The notes below the pieces were generated by a model that made no database searches, was not told where the DNA came from, and was given only the letters and a program-made list of their open reading frames with translations. DNA of 26,173 nucleotides from Thermodesulfobacteriota bacterium (GTDB lineage Bacteria > Desulfobacterota > Desulfobulbia > Desulfobulbales > SURF-16): positions 1-26,173 of the forward strand of contig JBFMAY010000048.1 in the NCBI GenBank assembly GCA_040755455.1, read 5' to 3'. Made by a program: the position numbers and the translations under genes. Below, piece after piece: positions 26,032 through 26,173 of this stretch (the stretch's first letter is position 1; each line of letters opens with the position of its first letter).

Positions 26032-26173
26032 ATGCGATACCGGCGCGCGCGGGTTGATGGCGGCACATATTTTTTCACCGTGAATCTTGCCCCAACGGCG
26101 CCGGTCCCTGCTGGTGGATTACGTTGATGTCCTCCGTAAGGTGGTAGGCATGGTGAAAGAGCGGCATCCCTTC
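26032..26173 (+). pseudogene. REP-associated tyrosine transposase (RAYT/TnpA-REP), frameshifted; 3'-truncated by the window edge
   Basis: RBS GGAGG. MRYRRARVDGGTYFFTVNLA continues in the +1 frame as QRRRSLLVDYVDVLRKVVGMVKERHPF. There is an extra C in GCCCC (26089-26093); the unshifted frame stops at 26125-26127. Confidence 0.88.

Noticed and set aside
1..26173. tRNA, rRNA or riboswitch
   Set aside because: None recognised by eye in any intergenic region. An Rfam/Infernal scan would be needed to exclude them.

Overview
A GC-rich bacterial window, most likely from a Desulfobacterota (Desulfobulbales-like) genome. That assignment is inferred from gene content and repeat style. The core is mostly housekeeping. 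It holds the 3' end of a Cys/Met PLP lyase, a hybrid sensor kinase with two periplasmic binding domains, an unusually long YvcK/GlmR protein, mdh, kdsB and rsmJ. Next come a KdnA-like aminotransferase with an Fe-alcohol dehydrogenase (with kdsB, a probable 8-amino-Kdo pathway) and a darP-DUF296-hypothetical-THUMP methylase operon. These are followed by a GGDEF-EAL protein, a transglutaminase + ABC ATPase + permease operon, a stand-alone CBM48 protein and a two-subunit pyruvate-carboxylase-like enzyme. Both ends carry mobile-element remnants that the ORF track misses. On the left is an IS21 left end with a truncated istA. On the right is a short N-terminal fragment resembling a long-form integron integrase, a candidate attI, and directly behind it a GTAG-REP plus a frameshifted RAYT transposase. 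Intergenic regions carry three different GTAG-REP families and two families of short (8- and 9-bp) degenerate tandem repeats. All family assignments come from recognising motifs by eye; no database search was run.
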